In this document: one piece after another, positions 18,774 to 26,999 of the stretch | How positions within the stretch are numbered: position 1 is the stretch's first letter | How the letters are laid out: the number at the start of each line of letters is the position of its first letter | From: Anaerolineales bacterium | Lineage (GTDB): Bacteria; Chloroflexota; Anaerolineae; Anaerolineales; UBA11858 | Direction: 5' to 3' | Assembly: GCA_015485245.1 (NCBI GenBank) | Contig: WFTY01000175.1 | Coordinates: 1-30,582, forward strand | Length of the DNA: 30,582 nucleotides | The notes under the pieces: generated by a model | What the model saw: the letters and a program-made list of their open reading frames with translations, nothing else | Databases searched by the model: none | Told to the model about the DNA's origin: nothing | Position numbers and translations under genes: made by a program

Positions 18774-19970
18774 ATGTCTCGCACAACCAAATGGCTTGTT
18801 TTCATGCTCATCCTGTCTGCCGCGCTGCTGAGCGGTTGTGGCGGACAGGAAAGCGGCGGAGAAGCAGCGCCCATTAAAGTTGGCGCCATCTTCGACCTGA
18901 CCGGGCCGACCTCGGATGTCGGCACACCGTATGCAGAAGGCGTCAAAGGCTTTGTCGAGTGGAAGAACGCCAACGGCGGGCTGGCGGGTCGCCCCATCGA
19001 GCTGATCTCGTCCGATTACGGCTACAAAGTTGACCAGGCGGAACAACTCTACAGCCAATATGTCCAGGAAGGCGTGGTGGCCTTCATGGGCTGGGGCACC
19101 GGCGACACCGAAGCCCTGCGCACCAAGATCGCCGCCGACAAAATTCCCTTCATGTCGGCTTCTTACTCCGCCAACCTGCTGGACATGGAAGTAGCCCCTT
19201 ACAACTTCCTGGTAGGCACATCCTACTCCGATCAGGCCATCATCGCCATCCGCTGGGCAATGGACGATTGGGCGTCCAAAGGGAACAGCGACAAACTCAA
19301 CGTAGTGCTCATCCATCATGACAGTCCCTTCGGGCAATCCCCCGTTCCCGACGCTCAGGCTTTCGCCGAGGCAAACGGCGTGGGCTTCACCGACATCGCC
19401 ATGCCTAAAGGCGCCACCGACTACGTAGCCGAACTGGCGCAAATTCAGCAATTCGGCGCCCAGTACGTCATCATCCAGAACGTCTCCAGCCCGGCAGCGG
19501 TGCTGCTCAAAGACGCCAAGAGTCAGGGCTTTGACGCCCAGTTCATCTGCCTGAACTGGTGCGCCGATGAAATCCTGCTCAACCTGGCTGGCGACGCGGC
19601 AGAAGGCGTCATGGGCACCATCCCCTTCACCCCACCCTCTTCGCCCGTCCCGGGGCACGAAGCCCCGGATGCCTGGCTGAAGCAAAACGGTTCCAGCCTG
19701 GCAGAAAAAGGGCTGCACTACTCCCAGGGGTGGTGGACAATGGCGGTCATGGCGCACGGCATTGAGCTGGTCATCCAGGATGGCAAGGAAGTCACCGGCG
19801 AAAACGTGCGCGCGGCGCTCGAATCCATCCAGGACTTCGACACCGGCGGCATCACCGACCCGATCTCCTTCTCGCCAACCAGTCACCGCGGCAGCACATC
19901 ACTGCGTTTGTTCCAGGTGCAAGGCGGAAAGTGGACGCAGGCCAGCGATTACATCTCCGCAGACCAGTAA
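18774..19970 (+). CDS. HAAT ABC solute-binding lipoprotein (LivK/Peripla_BP_6-like)
   Basis: Signal peptide with lipobox LSGC, IKVGAIFDLTGP, NANGGLAGRPIEL, DYGY motifs. Confidence 0.9.
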   Translation: MSRTTKWLVFMLILSAALLSGCGGQESGGEAAPIKVGAIFDLTGPTSDVGTPYAEGVKGFVEWKNANGGLAGRPIELISSDYGYKVDQAEQLYSQYVQEGVVAFMGWGTGDTEALRTKIAADKIPFMSASYSANLLDMEVAPYNFLVGTSYSDQAIIAIRWAMDDWASKGNSDKLNVVLIHHDSPFGQSPVPDAQAFAEANGVGFTDIAMPKGATDYVAELAQIQQFGAQYVIIQNVSSPAAVLLKDAKSQGFDAQFICLNWCADEILLNLAGDAAEGVMGTIPFTPPSSPVPGHEAPDAWLKQNGSSLAEKGLHYSQGWWTMAVMAHGIELVIQDGKEVTGENVRAALESIQDFDTGGITDPISFSPTSHRGSTSLRLFQVQGGKWTQASDYISADQ

Positions 19971-19983
19971 CCCCGCTCTTCCT

Positions 19984-20018
19984 GCAGGGGCGGAGGGGGC
20001 TTCCTCCTCCGTCCCTGC
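19984..20018 (+). other. 16-bp GC-rich hairpin between the SBP and ATPase genes, no U-tract
   Basis: GCAGGGGCGGAGGGGG-CTT-CCTCCTCCGTCCCTGC, with 2 G-U pairs. Confidence 0.75.
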
Positions 20019-20031
20019 CCCCACTGAACTC

Positions 20032-20823
20032 ATGCTCACACTAAACAATATCGAAGTTATTTATAACGAAGTCATCCTGGTGCTCAAAGGCATGTCCCTG
20101 CAGGTGCCGGAGGGAAAAATCGTCGGCCTGCTGGGCTCCAATGGCGCGGGGAAATCCACCACCCTCAAAGCGATCTCCGGGCTGCTCAAGCCCGAAGACG
20201 GCGAAGTCACCGACGGCTCGATCAAATTCATGGGCGAGGCAATCCACCACAAAGACGCCGCTGAAATCGTGCGCATGGGCATCTTCCAGGTCATGGAGGG
20301 GCGCCGCGTTTTTGAGCACCTGACCGCCGAGGAAAACCTGCTCGCCGGCGGTTACACCCGCCGCGAGCGCGATCTGAGCAGCGACCTGGAAATGGTCTAC
20401 AGCTACTTCCCGCGCCTCAAAGAGCGCCGCCACCAGACAGCCGGCTATCTCTCCGGCGGCGAGCAGCAAATGCTGGCGATTGGGCGCGCTTTGATGGCTC
20501 AACCCCGCCTGATGCTGCTGGACGAACCCTCCCTCGGCCTGGCCCCCATGCTGGTGCTGGAGATTTTTGGGATCATCAAGCGCATTAACCAAGAACAGGG
20601 AACCACCATCCTGCTGGTAGAACAAAACGCCAACCTCACCCTCGGCGTAGCCGACTACGCCTACATCATGGAGAACGGGCGCATTGTGCTTGAAGGTTAT
20701 CCCGAAGATTTACGCCAAAACGCCGATGTGCGCGAGTTCTACCTCGGCCTGACGGAGGTTGGACAGCGAAAGTCGTACCGTGATGTCAAGCACTATAAAC
20801 GACGCAAACGCTGGCTCTCCTGA
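20032..20823 (+). CDS. HAAT ABC ATP-binding protein, LivF-like
   Basis: GSNGAGKST, LSGGEQQMLAIGRALM, LLDEPSLGLAP, LVEQN. Start taken at MLTLNN (ATG 20032); the ORF-track extension overlaps the SBP. Confidence 0.92.
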   Translation: MLTLNNIEVIYNEVILVLKGMSLQVPEGKIVGLLGSNGAGKSTTLKAISGLLKPEDGEVTDGSIKFMGEAIHHKDAAEIVRMGIFQVMEGRRVFEHLTAEENLLAGGYTRRERDLSSDLEMVYSYFPRLKERRHQTAGYLSGGEQQMLAIGRALMAQPRLMLLDEPSLGLAPMLVLEIFGIIKRINQEQGTTILLVEQNANLTLGVADYAYIMENGRIVLEGYPEDLRQNADVREFYLGLTEVGQRKSYRDVKHYKRRKRWLS

Positions 20824-20831
20824 TTGCGGAT

Positions 20832-22076
20832 TTAGAATATCTTCTCACCTTCAAAATACGCCCCGGGCGCATCCACTTCCACGTCCCGGCCGCGCGGCGC
20901 TGCTCGCTTAAACTCCTTATAAAACTCGTGCTGGATGACCAGATTCATGATCTCGTTCGTCCCTGTCCAGATCGTGATCAGGCGCACATCGCGCAGCATT
21001 TTCTCCACCGGATAAACATTGGTATACCCAATCCCGCCAAGAATCTGCATGGCATGGTTGACCACATCCCAGGCTGCCTCGGTGGAAAACTTCTTCGCTT
21101 CGGAGACCAGCCGGCGGATTCGCCCGGCATCGCCGCCTGCCTCGATGGCATGCGCCACCACGAAGTTCAACGCTCTGGCGGCGTCCAATTGCGTCAGGCT
21201 CTCGGCGATCTTGAAGCTCACCCCTTCAAAACGGCGGATCTTCTGCCCAAATGCCCGCCGCCGATCGGCGTAACGGGCGGCAATCTCAATGGAGGCGCGC
21301 CCCATTCCCACAGCCGCGCCGGCGGAGGTCATGCGTTCAGGGATCATCATCTGGTGAAACACCGCCGTCCCCTGGCCGATACCAGCCTCGCCGCCGAGCA
21401 CATTCTCCACGGGGACGGGCGTATCGCGCAGCACAATTCGCCCGGTTCCACCGCCGCGCGTGCCCATCAGACCATACAGGTGCGCCACATCGACCCCGAA
21501 ATCACGCTCGACCAGAAAAGCGGTCATCGCCTCTTTAGGATCATCAACCCCCTCCACTTTGGCATAAATCAGGAAGAGATCAGCCCCCTCCGCGCCGACC
21601 ACGAAGCGCTTCTGCCCGGTCAGGTAGAAGACATCGCCCTCGCGGCGGGCGCGCGTGGTCGCTCCAAAGAAATCCGAACCGCCGCGCGGTTCCGTCAAGC
21701 CCTCCGCCACGCCAATCTCGCCAGCGATCATCGGGCGCAGATACTTCTCTTTCTGTTCCGGTGTACCAAAATGATGGATCGCCTCCCCCACGATGGACAC
21801 CAGCGAATACAGACACCCCAGAGCGGTGCCCAACACGCCGACTTCCTCCAGAGCGACGATCTCCTCCGGCCAACGGAGGCCCGCCCCACCGTACGCCGGG
21901 TCAAAGCGCAGGCCCAAAAGCCCGCGCCGGCCAGCGTCTTCCAAAAACTCTTTTGGATAACGCACCTGATCGGCGTCCATATCCACAAGCAACTGGCGCG
22001 GCACCGCGGCGACAAAATCGCGCACACGCTCCTGCAACGCCAGCATCTCCGGGGTCAACATGGCTGTAACGGACAT
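20832..22076 (-). CDS. Acyl-CoA dehydrogenase family protein
   Basis: [40 protein letters not shown] motifs. Start MSVTAM (ATG 22076) has a GAGGAG SD. Confidence 0.92.
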   Translation of the reverse strand: MSVTAMLTPEMLALQERVRDFVAAVPRQLLVDMDADQVRYPKEFLEDAGRRGLLGLRFDPAYGGAGLRWPEEIVALEEVGVLGTALGCLYSLVSIVGEAIHHFGTPEQKEKYLRPMIAGEIGVAEGLTEPRGGSDFFGATTRARREGDVFYLTGQKRFVVGAEGADLFLIYAKVEGVDDPKEAMTAFLVERDFGVDVAHLYGLMGTRGGGTGRIVLRDTPVPVENVLGGEAGIGQGTAVFHQMMIPERMTSAGAAVGMGRASIEIAARYADRRRAFGQKIRRFEGVSFKIAESLTQLDAARALNFVVAHAIEAGGDAGRIRRLVSEAKKFSTEAAWDVVNHAMQILGGIGYTNVYPVEKMLRDVRLITIWTGTNEIMNLVIQHEFYKEFKRAAPRGRDVEVDAPGAYFEGEKIF

Positions 22077-22090
22077 CCTGCCCTCCTCAA

Positions 22091-22540
22091 TTATTTTCGT
22101 CGGGCGCCGGGAATCGCCGCCCGTGCCAGGGCGTCTACGCGCGCGTTGGCGGGATCTCCAGCGTGGCCGCGCACCCAATGCCAGGCGACCTGATGACGCT
22201 GAATGGCTTCATCCAATGCTTTCCACAAATCCTGATTCTTAACCGGCTTTTTGGCCGCCGTCTTCCACCCCCGCCGCTTCCAGTTTCCTAACCAGGCGGT
22301 AATCCCTTTGCGCAGGTATTGCGAATCGGTATAAAAATCCACCCTGCAGGGCTGTTTCAAGGCCCGCAAGGCCTCCAGAGCGGCGGTCAGCTCCATGCGA
22401 TTGTTGGTAGTCTCCCGTTCACCACCGCTAAGCTCCTTTTCGTGAGCGCCATAGCGCAACAACGCCGCCCAGCCCCCCGGCCCAGGATTGCCGGAACAGG
22501 CGCCATCGGTGTAAATTGTGACGTGTGGTAAATCGGGCAT
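22091..22540 (-). CDS. rnhA: Ribonuclease HI
   Basis: [44 protein letters not shown]...NARVD motifs. Confidence 0.96.
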   Translation of the reverse strand: MPDLPHVTIYTDGACSGNPGPGGWAALLRYGAHEKELSGGERETTNNRMELTAALEALRALKQPCRVDFYTDSQYLRKGITAWLGNWKRRGWKTAAKKPVKNQDLWKALDEAIQRHQVAWHWVRGHAGDPANARVDALARAAIPGARRK

Positions 22541-22547
22541 ATATCCA

Positions 22548-22553
22548 ATTATA
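22548..22553 (-). promoter_or_regulatory. -10 box TATAAT 7 nt before the rnhA ATG (leaderless-type)
   Basis: TATAAT-TGGATAT-ATG with no SD. Confidence 0.55.
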
Positions 22554-22605
22554 AATGCAGTTTCTGCAAAGTTCCGAAGTCTTTGATGCTTCGGAAGCCT
22601 GCATT

Positions 22606-22637
22606 AAACAAGCGGCCCGGACTGACGTCCGGGCCAC
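22606..22637 (-). terminator. Intrinsic terminator after the carbohydrate ABC SBP gene
   Basis: GTGGCCCGGAC-GTCA-GTCCGGGCCGC followed by TTGTTT. Confidence 0.7.
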
Positions 22638-22661
22638 GTTGAAAGGCGAATTTGCAGGCGT

Positions 22662-24149
22662 TTAGCCCTCGATCTCAGCCATTAGCTCTGCAGCGGTGTT
22701 GTTAAGCTCCTCCAGATAAGTGGGGATGTCCGCGGCGTCGCCCTGGATGATGGCGTCAAAGGCGTCCTGCACGGCGCGGCGCACCGAACCCCAGGAAGCC
22801 TTGGTCGGCTCAGAGTGACCCACGGCGAGCAGGTCAAGGCCGGTCAGCCACTGCGGGTGTTCGGCAGCGTAGTCCTTCAGCAGGTCGTTGGCGCTCTGGC
22901 GCACCGGATAGTAGGCGCTGGCGTTGATCCAGGTGGCCTGAGCTTCCGGCGAAGTGAAGTACTTCAGGAACAGCCAGGCCGCCAGGTTCTGCTCTGGCGT
23001 GGTATTGACCACGGCCACGTACTGACCAAAGGCGTTCACCGCCTGGTTGCCATCGGGGCCAACGAAGGGGATGAAGCCCCACTCATCCGCCACGCCCGCC
23101 TCTTCAAAAGCTGCCAACTGGTAGGGGATACCAGCGGTGGAGCTCATGGTGAAGAGCGCCTTGCGGGTAGCAAACTCGGGGTTGGGGTAACTTTCCGTGG
23201 CAAAAGCGCAGCCGCTGTCCCAAAGATCCTTCAGGAAGGTAGCCACATCCTGAACCGCCGGCGAAGTGAAGTCATACGCCGAGCCGTCCTCGGTCAGGCC
23301 GTCATCGCCAAAGGCGAACACCCACGACATCACGTTGGAAGCGCCCGTGTAGAGCACCAAACCGCCGGTGCCGTCGTTGTCGGGATCATCATCGTTGGCG
23401 TTGGCCTCCGCCGCGGCACAGGCCTGCTCTTTGAACTCGGCCGCGTTGGCGGGGGGAGCGTCAAAGCCCAGTTCCTTAGCCCAGGTCTGGTTGTAGAAGA
23501 TCACGTTGGTCGACTGGCTAAGCGGCAAACCGATGCGCGCGCCATCCGCCACCACACCCGCGCCAAAGGCGCCTGCGTAGAAGTCGGCGATCTCATCCGC
23601 GCTCAAACCCACAGCGGGATCGTCCACATAGGGCTGCAGATCAGTGATCACGCCCACATCGTACCAGCCCGCCAACGCGTTGGTGTAACCAACAACCACG
23701 TTGGGGAGGTCGCCGGACTGAATGGCCGCGTTCATAGCATCTTCCACATCACCGTAACGACCCTGGTCAAGAGCCTCAACCGTGATGCCATACTCATTGG
23801 TGGCGTTGAACTGCTCCACCACGGCAGCCATGCCCTCGCTGGGCGCGCCAGAACCCCAAACGTGCCAGAAGGTAATGGTCGTACCGGCGAGATCCGAGAG
23901 CTTGACGCCCATAACCATCGGCTCTTCGGCAGGCGCCTCTTCTGCAGGGGCAGCCTCCTCAGCGGGGGCGGCTTCCTCGGCGGGAGCAGCCTCCTCAGCA
24001 GGAGCGGCTTCTTCGGCGGGGGCGGCTTCCTCGGCAGGAGCGGACTCCTCGGCGGGGGCGGCCTCTTCTGCCTTCGGCTGGCAAGCCGTCAAGGCTACGG
24101 TGATCAACATCACCAACAACAATAGGATGGAAAGGGTCTTGCGATTCAT
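22662..24149 (-). CDS. Carbohydrate-type ABC solute-binding lipoprotein (family 1, UgpB-like)
   Basis: Start MNRKTL (ATG 24149) with a GAGGAG SD, lipobox LTAC, ITFWH, FNATNEYGITVE, IFYNQTWAKELG, WLFLKYF motifs. Confidence 0.88.
   Translation of the reverse strand: MNRKTLSILLLLVMLITVALTACQPKAEEAAPAEESAPAEEAAPAEEAAPAEEAAPAEEAAPAEEAAPAEEAPAEEPMVMGVKLSDLAGTTITFWHVWGSGAPSEGMAAVVEQFNATNEYGITVEALDQGRYGDVEDAMNAAIQSGDLPNVVVGYTNALAGWYDVGVITDLQPYVDDPAVGLSADEIADFYAGAFGAGVVADGARIGLPLSQSTNVIFYNQTWAKELGFDAPPANAAEFKEQACAAAEANANDDDPDNDGTGGLVLYTGASNVMSWVFAFGDDGLTEDGSAYDFTSPAVQDVATFLKDLWDSGCAFATESYPNPEFATRKALFTMSSTAGIPYQLAAFEEAGVADEWGFIPFVGPDGNQAVNAFGQYVAVVNTTPEQNLAAWLFLKYFTSPEAQATWINASAYYPVRQSANDLLKDYAAEHPQWLTGLDLLAVGHSEPTKASWGSVRRAVQDAFDAIIQGDAADIPTYLEELNNTAAELMAEIEG
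23919..24071 (-). repeat. Coding tandem repeat (AEEAAP)x7 + AEEAP + AEEP linker, 18-bp unit
   Basis: Read directly from the DNA; units differ mostly at synonymous positions (one AEESAP). Confidence 0.93.
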
Positions 24150-24356
24150 TCTACACTCCTCTTCTGTGAGATAAAGTGGATGTGAACTTCGCTCCAGACT
24201 GATACCCTGGAGCAACAACAAGCGCAGATGCGCAGGTATGCGCATTCCTCCGCCTGCCATTCATGCTGTCATTTCGTCTCCCCGATAACAATGCCCAACC
24301 CTGTGACACCACACCAACCGTACACCTTGAGTTTATCACAACTGTTCGCTCCAGCT

Positions 24357-25244
24357 TCAGCCCTTCAAACCGCTGCGGGCGATGCTCTCGGTAAACTGTT
24401 TTTGGGTAAAAAAGTATAACAACAAAATCGGGATGATGGTAATGAACGCGCCCGCCATCATCAGGTTTAACTGCTGCCCGGCCTCTTCGACGAAGTTATA
24501 CAACCCCACGGCAATCGGGCGCCAATCAGGGGAATTGGTCACCAGCAAGGGCCAGGCCAGCGCATTCCACGAACCAATGAACGACAACACCATAATTACC
24601 ATCACCGGAGCTTTGGAAAGCGGTAATACCACCGTCCACAAGAAACGCAGATGCCCGGCGCCATCAATGCGCGCGGCATCATAGAGTTCATCCGGTATCT
24701 GCGCAAAGAACTGTCGCAACAGGAAGATGGCAAAAATACTCCCCATAAACGGCACCGTAAGCGCCGGCCAGTTGTTGATCCATTTAATCGGCCCGATGCG
24801 CCCCAGCCAGGTAACCGTCAAAAAGTTCGGGATGATGTTGACCATCGCCGGGATCATGATGGTGGAGAGCAACAACCCGAAGATGGCGTCCCGCCCAGGG
24901 AACTTGATGCGCGCGAAGGCGTAGGCCGACAGAATGCTGAAGGACAACTCCCCGCTGAGCGTGATCACTGTAATCACCACACTGTTGAGGAAGTACTCCG
25001 AAAAATTCGCCTCCCGCCAGGCATTGGTATAGTTTTCAAAATGTAACTCCGAGGGGATCCAGCGAATTCCCTGTGCCTCACCCAGCGTCATGAAGGAGGT
25101 CAAAATCATCCACACAAACGGCGTGATTGAGATCACCACGCCCAAGATGAGGAAGGCATAGATGGACACATTCTTCACCACTCTGGCGCTGATCTCAACC
25201 AGGTGCTGAGGCGAGCGACGTTCCGCAGGAGAGATTTCAGCCAT
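24357..25244 (-). CDS. Carbohydrate ABC permease (MalG-like)
   Basis: EAA motif [31 protein letters not shown]. Start MAEISP (ATG 25244) overlaps the upstream permease stop. Confidence 0.92.
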   Translation of the reverse strand: MAEISPAERRSPQHLVEISARVVKNVSIYAFLILGVVISITPFVWMILTSFMTLGEAQGIRWIPSELHFENYTNAWREANFSEYFLNSVVITVITLSGELSFSILSAYAFARIKFPGRDAIFGLLLSTIMIPAMVNIIPNFLTVTWLGRIGPIKWINNWPALTVPFMGSIFAIFLLRQFFAQIPDELYDAARIDGAGHLRFLWTVVLPLSKAPVMVIMVLSFIGSWNALAWPLLVTNSPDWRPIAVGLYNFVEEAGQQLNLMMAGAFITIIPILLLYFFTQKQFTESIARSGLKG

Positions 25245-26898
25245 AGAACACCCGTGACCCTTGAATCTTATTATTGACATACGTCAGACTGAGAATAACG
25301 GCGAAGAGCACAAACGCCAGCGCCGAGGCATAACCGTAGCGCAGTTTCTCAAAAAACTCGCTGAAGATCACCACACTGAAGGTGTCCGTCGTCCCCAATG
25401 CCGAGCCTTGACGCATCACCCAGATGTGGTTGAACGCCTTGAAAGTACCAATGATCGCCAGCAGCGAGAGGAAATACGTCGTCGGTGAGAGCAGCGGCAG
25501 CGTGATATAGCGAAAGACCTCCCAGCGGCCCGCGCCGTCAATCTGCGCCGCTTCCACCAGCTCTGTGGGGATATTACCCAGCCCGGCCAGGTAAATCACC
25601 GTATCGTAGCCGATGTAAGTCCAAATGGAATAGATCATGATGACGAGCAACGCCAGACTGGGGCCGGCAGCCCAATCGGGGATGGTGAGATGCAGGTTCT
25701 CCGCCAACAGGGTGAAAATACCGCGCGGTTCACGGATCCACTGCTGCGGCTCCATGCCTAATTTAATCAGCAACTGATTGACCGGCGCCTGATAACGATT
25801 GGAGAACAACTGACGGAAGATCGCCGCGCTGGCCACCGTAGGGGTGACATAGGGCAGGAAATACAACATGCGGAACAACTCTGAGCCCCACAACTTCTGA
25901 AACAGCAAAATGGCGAGGAAAAGCGAAAACGTCAACTGGAAGGGCACTGTTCCCAGCGAGTAAAAGATCGTCACCTTCAACCCCTGCCAGATATCTTTGT
26001 CGCCCGCGGCCATCACCACTGGCAGCTCACCGATCAACAGCCAGGCGCCAACCAGCAGCGTCATCGCCGCCAACACATAGCCAAAGAAAGAGCGATTGCT
26101 GCCTTGCCGCAAAGCGGCCTGCCACAGCTGCCAGCTCACTACCAGCAGTATCACCCCTGCGCCGATAGTGATCACCTGCGGCCAGATGCCGGGATCTTCG
26201 CCGGTTTCCAGAGCCGCGGCGTAAGCCGCCTGCACGGCATGATACGTCACCCAAAGCAGCCAGCTACCGATCAGCCCCGCCAGCCAGACGCCCCAAAAAG
26301 CGAAGAAGTACCCTGGGTTGTCCCCTCGCTGCAACCAGCCACGCCACAATAACACCGCCAGCATAGCCCCAAACCCAAGCAAAACAACCAAAAAGACCTT
26401 CCAGGCGGCAAACGCAGTTTCCGCATGAAAGGCCTCACTGAGCAATTGCATGAACAGCGCACGAGTCTTTTCCACGCCGATGATTTTATCGGCGATGTCG
26501 AGCAATTCGGGGAGCAGGCGATAGAGCCAATTGATCAGCGCCAGCAACATGCCCGCGCCCAACAATCCCGGCAAAGCCCACCACCAGAACACATCGCCGT
26601 GTTCCGCGGCCCGCCGTTGTGCTCCTCGCAGGCTGCGCCACCCCCAAAGCAACAAGCCGAGCGCCAGCGCAAAAAAGAGGATGTAGGCCAAATTATCCAG
26701 CGCCCGCACATAATTCCCCATCCCCAGGAAATTCCCTCGTTTCAAACGCCACTTGTGCAGGCTGACAAACAGCGCGAACCCAACCGGGAAAATCCCAAAG
26801 ACGAAGATCAAGATTGTTGACGGGGCGATCATCAAATATGCGGTAAGATAATCCCGCCATTCCCGCACGCGCCGGGCAGTCACAAAATGCTGCGTCAC
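25237..26898 (-). CDS. Carbohydrate ABC permease (MalF/UgpA-like) with large hydrophobic insertion, 553 aa
   Basis: GTG start with GGAGG SD; [26 protein letters not shown] (EAA), [11 protein letters not shown] motifs. Confidence 0.9.
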   Translation of the reverse strand: MTQHFVTARRVREWRDYLTAYLMIAPSTILIFVFGIFPVGFALFVSLHKWRLKRGNFLGMGNYVRALDNLAYILFFALALGLLLWGWRSLRGAQRRAAEHGDVFWWWALPGLLGAGMLLALINWLYRLLPELLDIADKIIGVEKTRALFMQLLSEAFHAETAFAAWKVFLVVLLGFGAMLAVLLWRGWLQRGDNPGYFFAFWGVWLAGLIGSWLLWVTYHAVQAAYAAALETGEDPGIWPQVITIGAGVILLVVSWQLWQAALRQGSNRSFFGYVLAAMTLLVGAWLLIGELPVVMAAGDKDIWQGLKVTIFYSLGTVPFQLTFSLFLAILLFQKLWGSELFRMLYFLPYVTPTVASAAIFRQLFSNRYQAPVNQLLIKLGMEPQQWIREPRGIFTLLAENLHLTIPDWAAGPSLALLVIMIYSIWTYIGYDTVIYLAGLGNIPTELVEAAQIDGAGRWEVFRYITLPLLSPTTYFLSLLAIIGTFKAFNHIWVMRQGSALGTTDTFSVVIFSEFFEKLRYGYASALAFVLFAVILSLTYVNNKIQGSRVFYG

Positions 26899-26956
26899 AA
26901 TAAGGCCTCCGCGTCCGTTACGCTAGCAGTGCCAACAATGTCTTTCCGGGCGGATC

Positions 26957-26965
26957 ATTATAACA
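26957..26965 (-). promoter_or_regulatory. Extended -10 promoter (TGTTATAAT) for the carbohydrate ABC operon
   Basis: Perfect TGnTATAAT about 58 nt upstream of the GTG. Confidence 0.6.
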
Positions 26966-26999
26966 TAACCTCAGCAACCACATTGTAAAAGGAGCCCCT

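Noticed and set aside
24150-24260. 37-aa N-terminal extension of the carbohydrate SBP
   Set aside because: The signal peptide and lipobox fit a start at 24149 with a good SD; upstream ATGs have no usable SD spacing.
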